Part shown: piece by piece, positions 42,350 to 55,880 of the stretch
Layout of the letters: the number at the start of each line of letters is the position of its first letter
Position numbering within the stretch: position 1 is the first letter of the stretch
Assembly: GCA_950097015.1 (NCBI GenBank)
Contig: CATNEN010000029.1
Location: forward strand, 930,001 to 994,000
Length of the DNA: 64,000 bases
Direction of reading: 5' to 3'
DNA from: Macrostomum hystrix
Lineage: Eukaryota; Animalia; Platyhelminthes
Notes under the pieces: generated by a model
What the model was told of the DNA's origin: nothing
What the model saw: the letters and a program-made list of their open reading frames with translations, nothing else
The model's database searches: none
Made by a program: the position numbers and the translations under genes

Positions 42350-43940
42350 TGCATTCCAGTCGGTCTGATTCACAATATCCTGCATTCCAGTGGGTCTGAT
42401 TCACAATATCCTGCATTCCAGTGGGTCTGATTCACAATATCCTGCATTCCAGTGGGTCTGATTCACAATATCCTGCTGCATTCCAATGGGTCTGATTCAC
42501 AATATCCTGCTGCATTCCAATGGGTCTGATTCACAATATCCTGCTGCATTCCAATGGGTCTGATTTACAATATCCTGTATTACAATGGGTCTGATTCACA
42601 ATATCATGCATTCCAATGGGTCTGATTCACAATATCCTGCTGCATTCCAATGGGTCTGATTCACAATATCCTGCTGCATTCCAATGGGTCTGATTCACAA
42701 TATCCTGCTGCATTCCAATGGGTCTGATTCACAATATCCTGTATTACAATGGGTCTGATTCACAATATCATGCATTCCAATGGGTCTGATTCACAATATC
42801 ATGCATTCCAATGGGTCTGATTCACAATATCATGCATTCCAATGGGTCTGATTCACAATATCATGCATTCCTATGGATCTGATTCACAATATCCTGTATT
42901 ACAATGGGTCTGATTCACAATATCCTGCTGCATTCCAATGGGTCTGATTCACAATATCCTGCTGCATTCCAATGGGTCTGATTCACAATATCCTGTATTA
43001 CAATGGGTCTGATTCACAATATCCTGCTGCATTCCAATGGGTCTGATTCACAATATCCTGCTGCATTCCAATGGGTCTGATTCACAATATCCTGCTGCAT
43101 TCCAATGGGTCTGATTCACAATATCCTGTATTACAATGGGTCTGATTCACAATATCATGCATTCCAATGGGTCTGATTCACAATATCATGCATTCCAATG
43201 GGTCTGATTCACAATATCATGCATTCCAATGGGTCTGATTCACAATAGCATGCATTCCTATGGATCTGATTCACAATATCATGCATTCCTATGGGTCTGA
43301 TTCACAATATCCTGTATTACAATGGGTCTGATTCACAATATCCTGCTGCATTCCAATGGGTCTGATTCACAATATCCTGCTGCATTCCAATGGGTCTGAT
43401 TCACAATATCCTGCTGCATTCCAATGGGTCTGATTCACAATATCCTGTATTACAATGGGTCTGATTCACAATATCCTGCTGCATTCCAATGGGTCTGATT
43501 CACAATATCCTGTATTCCAATGGGTCTGATTCACAATATCCTGCATTCCAATGGGTCTGATTCACAATATCCTGTATTCCAATGGGTCTGATTCACAATA
43601 TCCTGTATTCCAATGGGTCTGATTCACAATATCCTGTATTCCAATGGGTCTGATTTACAATATCCTGTATTCCAATGGATCTGATTCACAATATCATGCA
43701 TTCCAATGGGTCTGATTCACAATATCCTGTATTCCAATGGGTCTGATTCACAATATCCTGTATTCCAATGGGTCTGATTCACAATATCCTGTATTCCAAT
43801 GGGTCTGATTCACAATATCCTGTATTCCAATGGGTCTGATTTACAATATCCTGTATTCCAATGGGTCTGATTCACAATATCCTGCTGCATTCCAATGGGT
43901 CTGATTTACAATATCCTGTATTCCAATGGATCTGATTCAC
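42350..43940. repeat. 31/34-bp minisatellite (GGGTCTGATTCACAATATCCTG[CTG]CATTCCAAT)
   Basis: About 50 tandem units. Confidence 0.95.
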
Positions 43941-44172
43941 ATATTTGCTATTGTGAAAAAACAATCAAAGCGGCGATAGTTATTCGGATTCTTTTTTTAT
44001 TCCAACCAGTTTGACTCAATTTTTACTGTCGCGAAGCCGCCAAAACTTTTTTCTCTTATATTATCTGGCTGATAATGATCCTGAACTTGATCAGAAAAAA
44101 AACTGCACAGTCCAAATAAACAGCAGACACAGACGATCGAACAATTCTCTACTAGCTGCTCCACTTTGGCGC

Positions 44173-47100
44173 TCAAGCCTCCATAGCGTTGGCGTCGGCC
44201 TCAGAATATTTGCCCTTCTCGGCGCCCCTGGTTCGGCCGGCGGCTTTGCGGTCCATTAGGCCGCGCCTGTCCCGATCCAGCTTCAGCTTGGTGATCACCA
44301 CCTGCGGGAGGACAATGGGTTTCAGTTAGGATAAGGGGCTTCATGTTAAATCATGTAGGAATGAGGACTTTGGGTGGGAACAGGGGTTTTCAGGTAGGCA
44401 CAGGGGTTTTCAGGTAGGGACAGGGGTTTTCAGGTAGGGACAGGGGTTTTCAGGTAGGGACAGGGATTTCAGGTAGGGACAGGGGTTTTCAGGTAGGGAC
44501 AGGGATTTTCAGGTAGGGACAGGAATTTCAGGTGGGAACATGGGTTTTCAGGTAGGGACAGGGATTTTCAGGTAGGGACAGGAATTTCAGGTGGGAACAT
44601 GGGTTTTCAGGTAGGGACAGGGGTTTTCAGGTAGGGGCAGGGTTTTCAGGTGGGGACAGGGGTTTTCAGGTAGGGACAGGGGTTTTCAGGTAGGGACAGG
44701 GGTTTTCAGGTAGGGACAGGGATTTTCAGGTAGGGACAGGGGTTTTCAGGTAGGGACAGGGGTTTTCAGGTAGGGACAGGGGTTTTCAGGTAGGGACAGG
44801 GGTTTTCAGGTAGGGACAGGGGTTTTCAGGTAGGGACAGGGTTTCAGGTGGGAATATGGGTTTTCAGGTAGGGACAGGGGTTTTCAGGTGGGGACAGGGG
44901 TTTTCAGGTAGGGACAGGGATTTTCAGGTGGGAATATGGGTTTTCAGGTAGGGACAGGGTTTCAGGTGAGAACATGGGTTTTCAGGTATGGACAGGGATT
45001 TCAGGGGGGAACATGGGTTTTCAGGTAGGGACAGGGGTTTTCAGGTATGGACAGGGATTTCAGGGGGGAACAGGGGTTTTCAGGTAGGGACAGGGGTTTT
45101 CAGGTAGGGACAGGGGTTTTCAGGTAGGGACAGGGGTTTTCAGGTAGGGACAGGGTTTCAGGTGGGAATATGGGTTTTCAGGTATAGGGACAGTGGTTTC
45201 ATGAAGGCTAGGTTTCTGGATTGAATGGGAGTTTCAGATAAGGAAGAGAAGGCTGATACTAAAAATAAAGACCTGGAAATAATGGATTAGACAAATGAGA
45301 ATTTCGAAGGCTAAGTACTAATAAGTTTTAAATGAGAATGAGAAATAGCGCCAGTCATATACAGGCTTAATTTCACTACTCAAAAGTCTGCCTATTATAC
45401 CCTAGAGATGAGAACCGTTGAGAGGCTTAGAACTCTGAGGCTAAAATAATCCCCTTCCCGTTAGCTGAAACTCACGCGCGAGCTGGTTTTAGAGTGCATA
45501 CATAAAAAGTCCATTTTTAATAAGGCCTATCCGGATTGCAGACTTCTTGAGAGATCTTTAGAGCCAGAGTGTGTCAACTTAGCTCATTAAATTGTCACGC
45601 TTCTACAATATAAGTATTGAAAGGTCAGACACGAAAGTCAATTTGTGAGATACAAGGCGTAAAATTACTTTTCAAATGATGCGGCTCGTTATAAGCTCGT
45701 TATATATATGTGGCATTCGACATCCCTTTCACGATATCTGTAGCATTCGACATTCCTTTCACAATATTTGTGGCATTCGCAATTCATTACACCTTATTTG
45801 TGGCATTCGCTATTCAATACACCTTATTTGTGGCATTCGCTATTCAATACACCTTATTTGTGGCATTCGCAATTCATTACACCTTATTTGTGGCATTCGC
45901 TATTCAATACACCTTATTTGTGGCATTCGCTATTCAATACACCTTATTTGTGGCATTCGCTATTCAATACACCTTATTTGTGGCATTCGCTATTCATTAC
46001 ACCTTATTTGTGGCATTCGCTATTCAATACACCTTATTTGTGGCATTCGCTATTCAATACACCTTATTTGTGGCATTCGCTATTCAATACACCTTATTTG
46101 TGGCATTCGCTATTCAATACACCTTATTTGTGGCATTCGCTATTCATTACACCTTATTTGTGGCATTCGCTATTCAATACACCTTATTTGTGGCATTCGC
46201 TATTCAATACACCTTATTTGTGGCATTCGCAATTCATTACACCTTATTTGTGGCATTCGCTATTCATTACACCTTATTTGTGGCATTCGCTATTCATTAC
46301 ACCTTATTTGTGGCATTCGCTATTCAATACACCTTATTTGTGGCATTCGCTATTCAATACACCTTATTTGTGGCATTCGCTATTCAATACACCTTATTTG
46401 TGGCATTCGCTATTCATTACACCTTATTTGTGGCATTCGCTATTCATTACACCTTATTTGTGGCATTCGCTATTCAATACACCTTATTTGTGGCATTCGC
46501 TATTCAATACACCTTATTTGTGGCATTCGCTATTCAATACACCTTATTTGTGGCATTCGCTATTCAATACACCTTATTTGTGGCATTCGCTATTCAATAC
46601 ACCTTATTTGTGGCATTCGCTATTCAATACACCTTATTTGTGGCATTCGCTATTCAATACACCTTATTTGTGGCATTCGCTATTCAATACACCTTATTTG
46701 TGGCATTCGCTATTCAATACACCTTATTTGTGGCATTCGCTATTCAATACACCTTATTTGTGGCATTCGCTATTCAATACACCTTATTTGTGGCATTCGC
46801 TATTCAATACACCTTATTTGTGGCATTCGCAATTCATTACACCTTATTTGTGGCATTCGCTATTCAATACACCTTATTTGTGGCATTCGCTATTCATTAC
46901 ACCTTATTTGTGGCATTCGCTATTCAATACACCTTATTTGTGGCATTCGCTATTCAATACACCTTATTTGTGGCATTCGCTATTCAATACACCTTATTTG
47001 TGGCATTCGCTATTCATTACACCTTATTTGTGGCATTCGCTATTCATTACACCTTATTTGTGGCATTCGCTATTCAATACACCTTATTTGTGGCATTCGC

Positions 47101-47832
47101 TATTCAATACACCTTATTTGTGGCATTCGCTATTCAATACACCTTATTTGTGGCATTCGCTATTCAATACACCTTATTTGTGGCATTCGCTATTCAATAC
47201 ACCTTATTTGTGGCATTCGCTATTCAATACACCTTATTTGTGGCATTCGCTATTCAATACACCTTATTTGTGGCATTCGCTATTCAATACACCTTATTTG
47301 TGGCATTCGCTATTCAATACACCTTATTTGTGGCATTCGCTATTCAATACACATTATTTGTGGCATTCGCTTTTCATTACGCCTTATTTGTGGCATTCGC
47401 TATTCAATACACCTTATTTGTGGCATTCGCTATTCAATACACCTTATTTGTGGCATTCGCTATTCAATACACCTTATTTGTGGCATTCGCCATTCGTCTA
47501 ATCAATTAGCTAAAAGCACAAACCTTGCTGGGATGCAGGTTGACATAGACTGTGGCACCGTTGGCCTTCTCCCGCTGAACGCGCTCAACGTGGATGACAT
47601 ACTTGGACCGGTAGACGGCAACCACCTTGCCAGTCTGGTTGCCCTTGTGATGCCCGCGGACCAGCTGCACCTCGTCGTCTTTGCGGATCGGCATGGAGCG
47701 CACATTGTACTTTGTGCGCAACTCTTTGGACAGGGGAGCCGACATCAGCTTGCGACGAATGTGCGACGGAGCATTGAAATAACGCTGTCGGTTCTTACGC
47801 TTGGAGCTGGTGACGCTCTTGTTAAACTTCAT
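44173..47832 (-). CDS. RPL26: 60S ribosomal protein L26 (uL24), 145 aa
   Basis: Exons 47832-47524 (GT 47523-47522) and 44301-44173 (CAG acceptor, stop TGA). The protein reads [39 protein letters not shown]...[17 protein letters not shown]. Confidence 0.97.
44375..45195. repeat. 20-bp minisatellite (GGGACAGGGGTTTTCAGGTA) in the RPL26 intron
   Basis: About 40 tandem units. Confidence 0.94.
45705..47490. repeat. Highly homogeneous 30-bp minisatellite (TTGTGGCATTCGCTATTCAATACACCTTAT) in the RPL26 intron
   Basis: Just under 60 tandem units with no spacers. Confidence 0.97.
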
Positions 47833-47899
47833 TACTTGCTAATAGAGCTGCAATGGGAGACACAATACCGCTAACAGCTGGGTTTTTCGCTGGGTAAAA

Positions 47900-48412
47900 G
47901 ATGCGAAATTAGTGACAACTATGCGATATTCACTATTATATAGAGAATGCAGAGATAAAAGGCGCAAGACATGGGATACATAAGATGAGACACGTGAGAG
48001 ATAAGAAAGTGGAGAGATGTGACACAGGAGAGATGAGACACAGGAGAGATAAGGCACATGAGATAAGAAAGTGGAGAGATGAGACACATGAGAGATGAGA
48101 CACGGGAGAGATAAGGCACATGAGATAAGAAAGTGGAGAGATGAGACACATGAGAGATGAGACACGGGAGAGATAAGGCACATGAGATAAGAAAGTCGAG
48201 AGATGTGACACATGAGAGATAAGACACGGGAGAGATCAGACACACGATAGATGAGGCACGGGAGAGTTGAGGCAAAGGAGAGATGATGCAAAGGAGAGAT
48301 GAAACACGGGAGAGATAAGGCAGGGTAGAGTAGGTGTTGGAATTGGCCAGGCTCTGGATTTCGAAGCTTCGATGGCCGCATCTGACCCGCGGGTCAGAGT
48401 TTTCTGACCTCA
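47900..48412 (+). mobile_element. Diverged copy of the hAT MITE with internal GAGAGATGAGACAC repeats
   Basis: The 3' end GGCCGCATCTGACCCGCGGGTCAGAGTTTTCTGACCTC resembles 58137-58175, and the internal purine-rich repeats are of the same type. Confidence 0.65.
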
Positions 48413-49494
48413 GGATTAGTAAGAGCAAAAACTGAATAAGATCCATTGAAATAATTCATAGTAAATTTTTCATATTTCACAGAAAGGCTAAAATCTTACG
48501 GAAAAAAACATATTTTATTAATAAAGATAGACTAATGAAGAAATACTTGATTTGGAGGGTCCAATTAAAAAATACTGAGTGGCTCACATGCAAATTCAGC
48601 TAAACCGAATGGAATGGGCACTATAAATCTGTGCACTAATGCAGCAGTCACATAGTTTAAAAAATGTCATTCTTGTTAGCTAATAATAGCACCTGCTAAT
48701 GCATCACTGTCACATTGATGTGCAAATAAAACACGTACAGCCAACTATAGATTCAAATAGAAAACCTCCTCGCGTCCGTTTCATCATATTCAACTAATGA
48801 CTCCCACTGCCGCTCGATTTTTAGAGGGCTAAAACTATAAGAATTGCAAAACTGATTAGAATTATAATAACCAATACAATGACACCTGCTTAATGGTGTA
48901 TAAATCTTTGAAAAAGTGCAACCCTAAGAAATCAATTAATTTCCCGAGGAGCAAAAAAGCTGAAAATGTATTTAAAAACAGCACTTGCTAACAGAGGCTG
49001 ATTGGGTAGGAACATCGGCTCGATCAATCCATTCCACTTTGATCAAGGCAAAATAAAACTTAATGTCTAAAAAGTGGTCAATATGGACAAGAACTTGTGT
49101 AGTTTTTATTGATTTAGTCCCAGGCTACCGAGAGCAAACATCTTGGCAGTGCAACCAAAGGCACACATTGGACTAAACCGAGACTCCATATTCTGTTAGA
49201 AATTGGTCGATTATAAGCAAATTGAGTTGGGCGGTGCGATAAGACCTGGTAATTAAAATATTTAAGCAAAGTTGCATAACTGAAAAAGCAACCCAAATTT
49301 ATAGTCAGAGAAAAGATCAAGTAAAGATTCTAGATAACAAAAAGATGCCGTAAAACTTTGAAACATTCACAATATCCAGTGAATAGGCTTTTAAAGGCTA
49401 AATTGTTTCAGCTTTGGCGTTTCGGAATTAAGTACTTGAAGCTTGAAGTTCTGGGCTCGTCGTCTCGGTCGGAGGTCAAGATTCGTGTTTGTAC

Positions 49495-51750
49495 ATGGAC
49501 ACTTATCTCTGAATGCAATCACTCATCGAGATGCAGATTCGGGTTTGTGGACACTCTTATCTCTGAATGCAATCACTCACAGAGATGCAGATTCGGGTTT
49601 GTGGACACTCTTATCTCTGAATTCAATCACTGACCGAGATGCAGATTCGGGTTTGTGGACACTCTTATCTCTGAATTCAATCACTCACCGAGATGCAGAT
49701 TCGGGTTTGTGGACACTCTTATCTCTGAATTCAATCACTCATCGAGATGCAGATTCGGGTTTGTGGACACTCTTATCTCTGAATGCAATCACTCACAGAG
49801 ATGCAGATTCGGGTTTGTGGACACTCTTATCTCTGAATGCAATCACTCACAGAGATGCAGATTCGGGTTTGTGGACACTCTTATCTCTGAATTCAATCAC
49901 TGACCGAGATGCAGATTCGGGTTTGTGGACACTCTTATCTCTGAATTCAATCACTGACCGAGATGCAGATTCGGGTTTGTGGACACTCTTATCTCTGAAT
50001 GCAATCACTCATCGAGATGCAGATTCGGGTTTGTAGAAACTCTTATCTCTGAATTCAATCACTCACCGAGATGCAGATTCGGGTTTGTGGACACTCTTAT
50101 CTCTGAATTCAATCACTCATCGAGATGCAGATTCGGGTTTGTGGACACTCTTATCTCTGAATTCAATCACTCACCGAGATGCAGATTCGGGTTTGTGGAC
50201 ACTCTTATCTCTGAATTCAATCACTCACCGAGATGCAGATTCGGGTTTGTGGACACTCTTATCTCTGAATTCAATCACTCATCGAGATTCAGATTCGGGT
50301 TTGTGGACACTCTTATCTCTGAATTAAATCACTCATCGAGATGCAGATTCGGGTTTGTAGAAACTCTTATCTCTGAATTCAATCACTCACCGAGATGCAG
50401 ATTCGGGTTTGTAGAAACTCTTATCTCTGAATTAAATCACTCATCGAGATGCAGATTCGGGTTTGTAGAAACTCTTATCTCTGAATTCAATCACTCATCG
50501 AGATGCAGATTCGGGTTTGTGGACACTCTTATCTCTGAATTCAATCACTCATCGAGATGCAGATTCGGGTTTGTGGACACTCTTATCTCTGAATGCAATC
50601 ACTCATCGAGATGCAGATTCGGGTTTGTGGACACTCTTATCTCTGAATGCAATCACTCATCGAGATGCAGATTCGGGTTTGTGGACACTCTTATCTCTGA
50701 ATTCAATCACTCACCGAGATGCAGATTCGGGTTTGTGGAAACTCTTATCTCTGAATGCAATCACTCATAGAGATGCAGATTCGGGTTTGTGGAAACTCTT
50801 ATCTCTGAATGCAATCACTCATAGAGATGCAGATTCGGGTTTGTGGAAACTCTTATCTCTGAATGCAATCACTCATAGAGATGCAGATTCGGGTTTGTGG
50901 AAACTCTTATCTCTGAATGCAATCACTCACCGAGATGCAGATTCGGGTTTGTGGAAACTCTTATCTCTGAATGCAATCACTCATAGAGATGCAGATTCGG
51001 GTTTGTGGACACTCATATCTCTGAATGCAATCACTCACCGAGATGCAGATTCGGGTTTGTGGACACTCTTATCTCTGAATTCAATCACTCACCGAGATGC
51101 AGATTCGGGTTTGTGGAAACTCTTATCTCTGAATTCAATCACTCATCGAGATGCAGATTCGGGTTTGTGGACACTCTTATCTCTGAATTCAATCACTCAC
51201 CGAGATGCAGATTCGGGTTTGTGGACACTCTTATCTCTGAATTCAATCACTCATCGAGATTCAGATTCGGGTTTGTGGACACTCTTATCTCTGAATTAAA
51301 TCACTCATCGAGATGCAGATTCGGGTTTGTAGAAACTCTTATCTCTGAATTCAATCACTCACCGAGATGCAGATTCGGGTTTGTAGAAACTCTTATCTCT
51401 GAATTCAATCACTCATCGAGATGCAGATTCGGGTTTGTAGAAACTCTTATCTCTGAATTCAATCACTCATCGAGATGCAGATTCGGGTTTGTGGACACTC
51501 TTATCTCTGAATGCAATCACTCATCGAGATGCAGATTCGGGTTTGTGGACACTCTTATCTCTGAATGCAATCACTCATCGAGATGCAGATTCGGGTTTGT
51601 GGACACTCTTATCTCTGAATTAAATCACTCATCGAGATGCAGATTCGGGTTTGTAGAAACTCTTATCTCTGAATTCAATCACTCACCGAGATGCAGATTC
51701 GGGTTTGTGGAAACTCTTATCTCTGAATTCAATCACTCACCGAGATGCAG
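49495..51750. repeat. 54-bp minisatellite (GAGATGCAGATTCGGGTTTGTGGACACTCTTATCTCTGAATTCAATCACTCACC)
   Basis: About 42 tandem units. Confidence 0.96.
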
Positions 51751-53081
51751 TTTCGTAATATGAGCCTATATTATCTAAAAATTCTGAAACGTCACTGATT
51801 AAACCGTTGATTCGTAGAAAGTACTGAAAACTCCGGATTTTAAACCCTTGTGCTTGTTATCTTACGCGATTTGCAATGCATTAATATCCATTGTTAACTC
51901 AAACGTCTCCCAGCAGAAAATTTAAAGATGGGTTTGATAAATGAATGGATTTATCTACACAAGTATAGTTCGAGATAAGCTTTCCCAATTATAACAGCGT
52001 ACAGTATAAGCATGAATTCATTTCTTTTGTTCTGCAATCTCTTTGCAAAGTTATCTGCAACCTTTTGTTGCCGAAACTTCTAACTGAAAGCATTCAGTAT
52101 TCAAGATCTAAGACTAAGCTCTTAGATACAATTATCGAACATTAATTCAACGATTACTACATTCAGATAAATCGACTAGACCACTGTCTTAGCATGTACA
52201 TTTATCCTTAAAAATATATATACACCTTATATTGTAGCAAGCTGGCCTCGGTGAGCTCAGGGGAACCTGCACTTCTGAAGAATTGCTCCCTAGTCTTTTG
52301 AAGCAAAGCCAATCTAGGCGCACAGCCCAGGAGAGGCATGAGAGTAACGTCAGACAAAATTGAATTTCAAGCCGGGGCAGAAAGATTGCAAATTGCATGC
52401 ATCGGCGGTTTCGGTAGAAAAAAGAGCGCGCAAGCAGGTCCCTGGGGTAGAGAGGCTTGGAGAGGCCTAAATCGGATGCTACAAGCAGCTCACTATATAC
52501 ATAGCTGACGATTCCATACACTCAAGTCTGGGAAGAAATCTCCAAATTCGAGATGAAGATATGAGTCGAATACTTGCTCTACAACATAGCACAATTTGTT
52601 AGTCTGACAACGGCCAACCTTCCCACCAAAGCGTGAATTCGTGGGATTATTATCAATAGAGGAGGAAATGAAGCAGCCAAGTCGCACTGCTGCGTTACAG
52701 TGAAGAGCGAAACACTTGGAGAAACTGAGAAACTGGGAGAGAAACCAGACTGCAGAACACATTGGACAAGTAACGAATAATAACAAATCGGGAATGAACT
52801 GAAAATGGTAAACCGGGGCTTTAGAAATTCGATTTGCATACAAGTACAGAAAGTAGGAGGGGAGGGGCGGAGGCTTGAATTGCTCTGAAAATGCAGTCTG
52901 GTGTGAATGTGACATCAAAAAAGACTAAGAAAAGTGCTTCTAGCGGCAGAGTTTCTTGTTACCAATTTCGAGTCAGACTTCGTGGGCACAGCTAAGATCG
53001 GACTAGATAGTTTGCTTGAGTTTGCATAAAATGCCAGTTTATAAAAGTACGAAAAATGACGTCTTTTTGCATCGCTTTTAA

Positions 53082-53638
53082 CAGTAAAACTACCAAGGGG
53101 GAACTCCCACTGAAAACTTTTGTGCTGCACCAGAACGGAGCAACGCAGGCACACGAAACTCAAGAACACAAGCCAAATTTTTGTTGCGCATCTTCTGAAA
53201 CAAGAATCAAGTCGACCTACGAGATATTCAATGTTTCTGGCTGAAGGCCAGATTTTTTCCATAATCGCTTGTGTATTTCACCTCAATACACAATGCGCCT
53301 CAGTGCGGCCTTGCCAGGCCTTCAAAATGTATCAGCATGTCACCCGAATGTGCCTGCATCATCTCCGTCTTGGTGGTCACCTATCTTTATCTAGACGGAT
53401 TTGCTGGACCTTCAAGGGCTACAATAGGTGGAACTCAGCCACTATGGACACCCTGACACGAATTTCTCCAATTTAACTGATCAAGCCTAAATATTAGGCG
53501 CAGCTCAACCACAGGACACCATCACCTAGTCTGTCAACTAATCAGTTACCACCCAACGCTGTTAGCATACAAGCGCTGCCAAAAAAATCTGGCGGGGGGA
53601 ATTCCCCTTGGCGGCAAAATGGCTTGGTAGTATTCCTG
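53082..53638. mobile_element. TTAA-target MITE, second copy
   Basis: TIRs CAGTAAAACTACCAAG / CTTGGTAGTATTCCTG, with TTAA at 53078-53081 and 53639-53642. The interior is homologous to 35117-35727. Confidence 0.75.
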
Positions 53639-54248
53639 TTAATACAGTTAGCATAAGGCCTACTCATTTTTTAACGTTCTCTTCTTTCAATTGTCTCAGA
53701 GGCATTCCCGACCGCGCGGCTTGGGAATATATGAAAAAATAGAAAGCGAAAAGAGCCATGCCTGGCAGTGGGAGAGACAGACAAAGATAGATAAATTCAT
53801 AATTGAGCAAACAGAGAGGCGAGTCCAAGACAGCCCCGCACGCAGGCTCGCTATGCCTGCCAGTCTGTTTATTCGATCGTGACGCTGGCGGGCAGCTCCG
53901 AGGCCGCAGTCGCATCAACCGCCCACGCAGCGCGTTCAGGAAGGGGGGCGGCTTACTGGGGAAGTGGTGAGATGGGATTTCGTTAAGGCCGGGGAAGAAA
54001 GAAATAAGGAACAGGGCTCAGCCTCGAAAGAGAAGAATGCGGAAAGGGCCAAAGGGCAGATGTTCGTGCGATGATAAAAAATGAATGATGGCGTTATTGG
54101 CACTTTCTTCGCGGCAAATCCGACAGGGATTATTTTCTCCTCAAGGGCTAAAATATATGGATCAGAAGTGCCCCGAATGCTAGAATATATGCGGCGCCAA
54201 TGAAATTCAGCGAAGCGGCATATTATCTTATCTTATTAGTTGAGGCAC

Positions 54249-54561
54249 TAGAGGTAGAGGTTGCAGCCTAGTGGTTAGGGCGTCGGACTCACGACTTAAA
54301 GGTCGGGGGTTCGATTCCCGACTCCACTGGAACAATTTGCGTCCTTTAGCAAGACACTTAACTCTGCATTGCTTCAGTTCACCCAGCTGTTAAATGGGTA
54401 CCAGCATCAGCTGGGATAATTGAAGGTGGGTGTGGCGTCCCCCCAGTCCGTGGACTGAACAGCTGTACGCAGCCTTCAGATGCGCCGCGCATTAGCTGCG
54501 GCTGTGCTGTCGGCTGCACATCTGACCAAATTGGGGCAGGTGTAATCAATTATTATTATTA
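54249..54561 (+). mobile_element. tRNA-derived SINE, family A, full length with TSD
   Basis: A box (GCCTAGTGGTTAGG), B box (GGTTCGATTCCC), CORE-like centre and (ATT)n tail. The 9-bp direct repeat TTGAGGCAC flanks it at 54240-54248 and 54562-54570. Confidence 0.88.
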
Positions 54562-55459
54562 TTGAGGCACGCAAGATCAGTTCGTTAATTATTATTAAAT
54601 TATATAAGCCTTGAAATCGACACAAGACTAATAGTAACTAAATGTTGTTAAATATTAGCTAAAAAGCAGGTGCCGTTATTTAATTCTCACAGACAGGCGT
54701 TTTTTAATTGATCCTTCCTTTCGGTTGAGAGACAGTCTTCCTTGTCGTCATCGTCATCTTTCCGGTTCAGGTGCTGAGCAGGACTTCAGTGAGCAGCTGC
54801 TATGTTTCAATCTAGGTCTCATTCAGGCTTAATATTCAACGTATTCGCAGCTAAATAATCATAGCACCATATAAGGCAATAATATTCAGATAAGTGTAAA
54901 CTATAACCTAGCTTCTCCCGATTCTACCCACATGCCTAGTACGCTTAGCCTAGCATACATTAAACGTGAACAGTCAGGAAACGGTACAATCTATGCTTAA
55001 ATTACAATCTAATAAATCATATGGAGCTCCTCCTTGACACACCAAAACAGAACACCGTTTACCACGTGTTCAGTCGAAGTCCCTAATAAAAAGCAATTAT
55101 TAGGGTTATATTTTTATTTAAAAAATTCAAACAAAAATTTGCTAAGCAATCACCAGCTAAGAAAGACGGAAAATCAGCAAACAAATCGACATTCTGTAAC
55201 AAATCAAATCTGGTAAAAAAAACAGAACATTTTGGTAAGCTCGTGCGGGAAGGAATTAATTAATCTTGTTACCTGAGTACGAGACTAGTCTAAAATGGCT
55301 ATTAATCTCTCTTTGGAAAATCTCAGCGTCACTTTGTTACTTTAATTTCATACATGCACACAAGCAACTTTGCAAGCAGTGCTAATTATAATTTGACAGC
55401 TGGTGCAATTCAATATCGTCTGCTGCTTTAATCGTGATTGATAGGAATTGGAATTAATA

Positions 55460-55880
55460 CCCGCTAAAAAATAGGGATGTTTCTTTGGGTGATTCCAGTT
55501 GGAATCTGCGGTGTTTCCAGAAAAAGAAACAGCCGAACGGTGGAAACATACCAATCGGATGATTCCATGCTTAGAATCTACCCAACTGGGCGTTTTCTCG
55601 GTGCTTCTTGGTGGCGAAATGGAATCACCCAAAGAATCTTCCAGTTCGGAAGATTCCATGCTCAGAAACCGCCGAGGAATCGCCAGAAAAAATTTCTCTG
55701 GTTGTCCCATGGGCCACTGGTTCGGGTGATTCTTCGGCGGTTTCCGCACAATTTACGGTTACATCGGCTGCTTCCTGGGTGGTTTCTTTAACTCTTGCGA
55801 GATATGGGGGGATTTTGGTAGATTCCACTCCTATTTTGTATAAAATACCAGCCGAAGAAGCAGCCGAATTTTTTACAGGG
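55460..55880. mobile_element. Probable CMC/EnSpm-type MITE
   Basis: Termini CCCGCTAAAAAA / TTTTTTACAGGG, TA on both sides, repeated subterminal CAGCCGAA motifs in both orientations, and internal inverted repeats. Confidence 0.6.

Noticed and set aside
45190-45700. Search for an intronic snoRNA in RPL26
   Set aside because: No convincing C (RUGAUGA) and D (CUGA) box pair with a terminal stem was seen.
45676-47874. 732, 599 and 577-aa ORFs and a CRISPR-like look
   Set aside because: These are translations of a 30-bp tandem repeat lying antisense within the RPL26 intron. There are no unique spacers and no cas genes, and the context is eukaryotic.
49443-51763. Repetitive ORFs containing Cys/His (ECNHSSRC) suggestive of a zinc-finger array
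   Set aside because: This is a 54-bp minisatellite that is open in several frames by chance. The spacing does not fit C2H2 fingers, and stops occur sporadically.
54259-54330. Possible tRNA gene
   Set aside because: A and B boxes are present, but no complete cloverleaf acceptor stem is evident and the sequence continues into a SINE body with a TSD. The same applies to the heads at ~2250-2312, ~5200-5272 and ~14770-14835.
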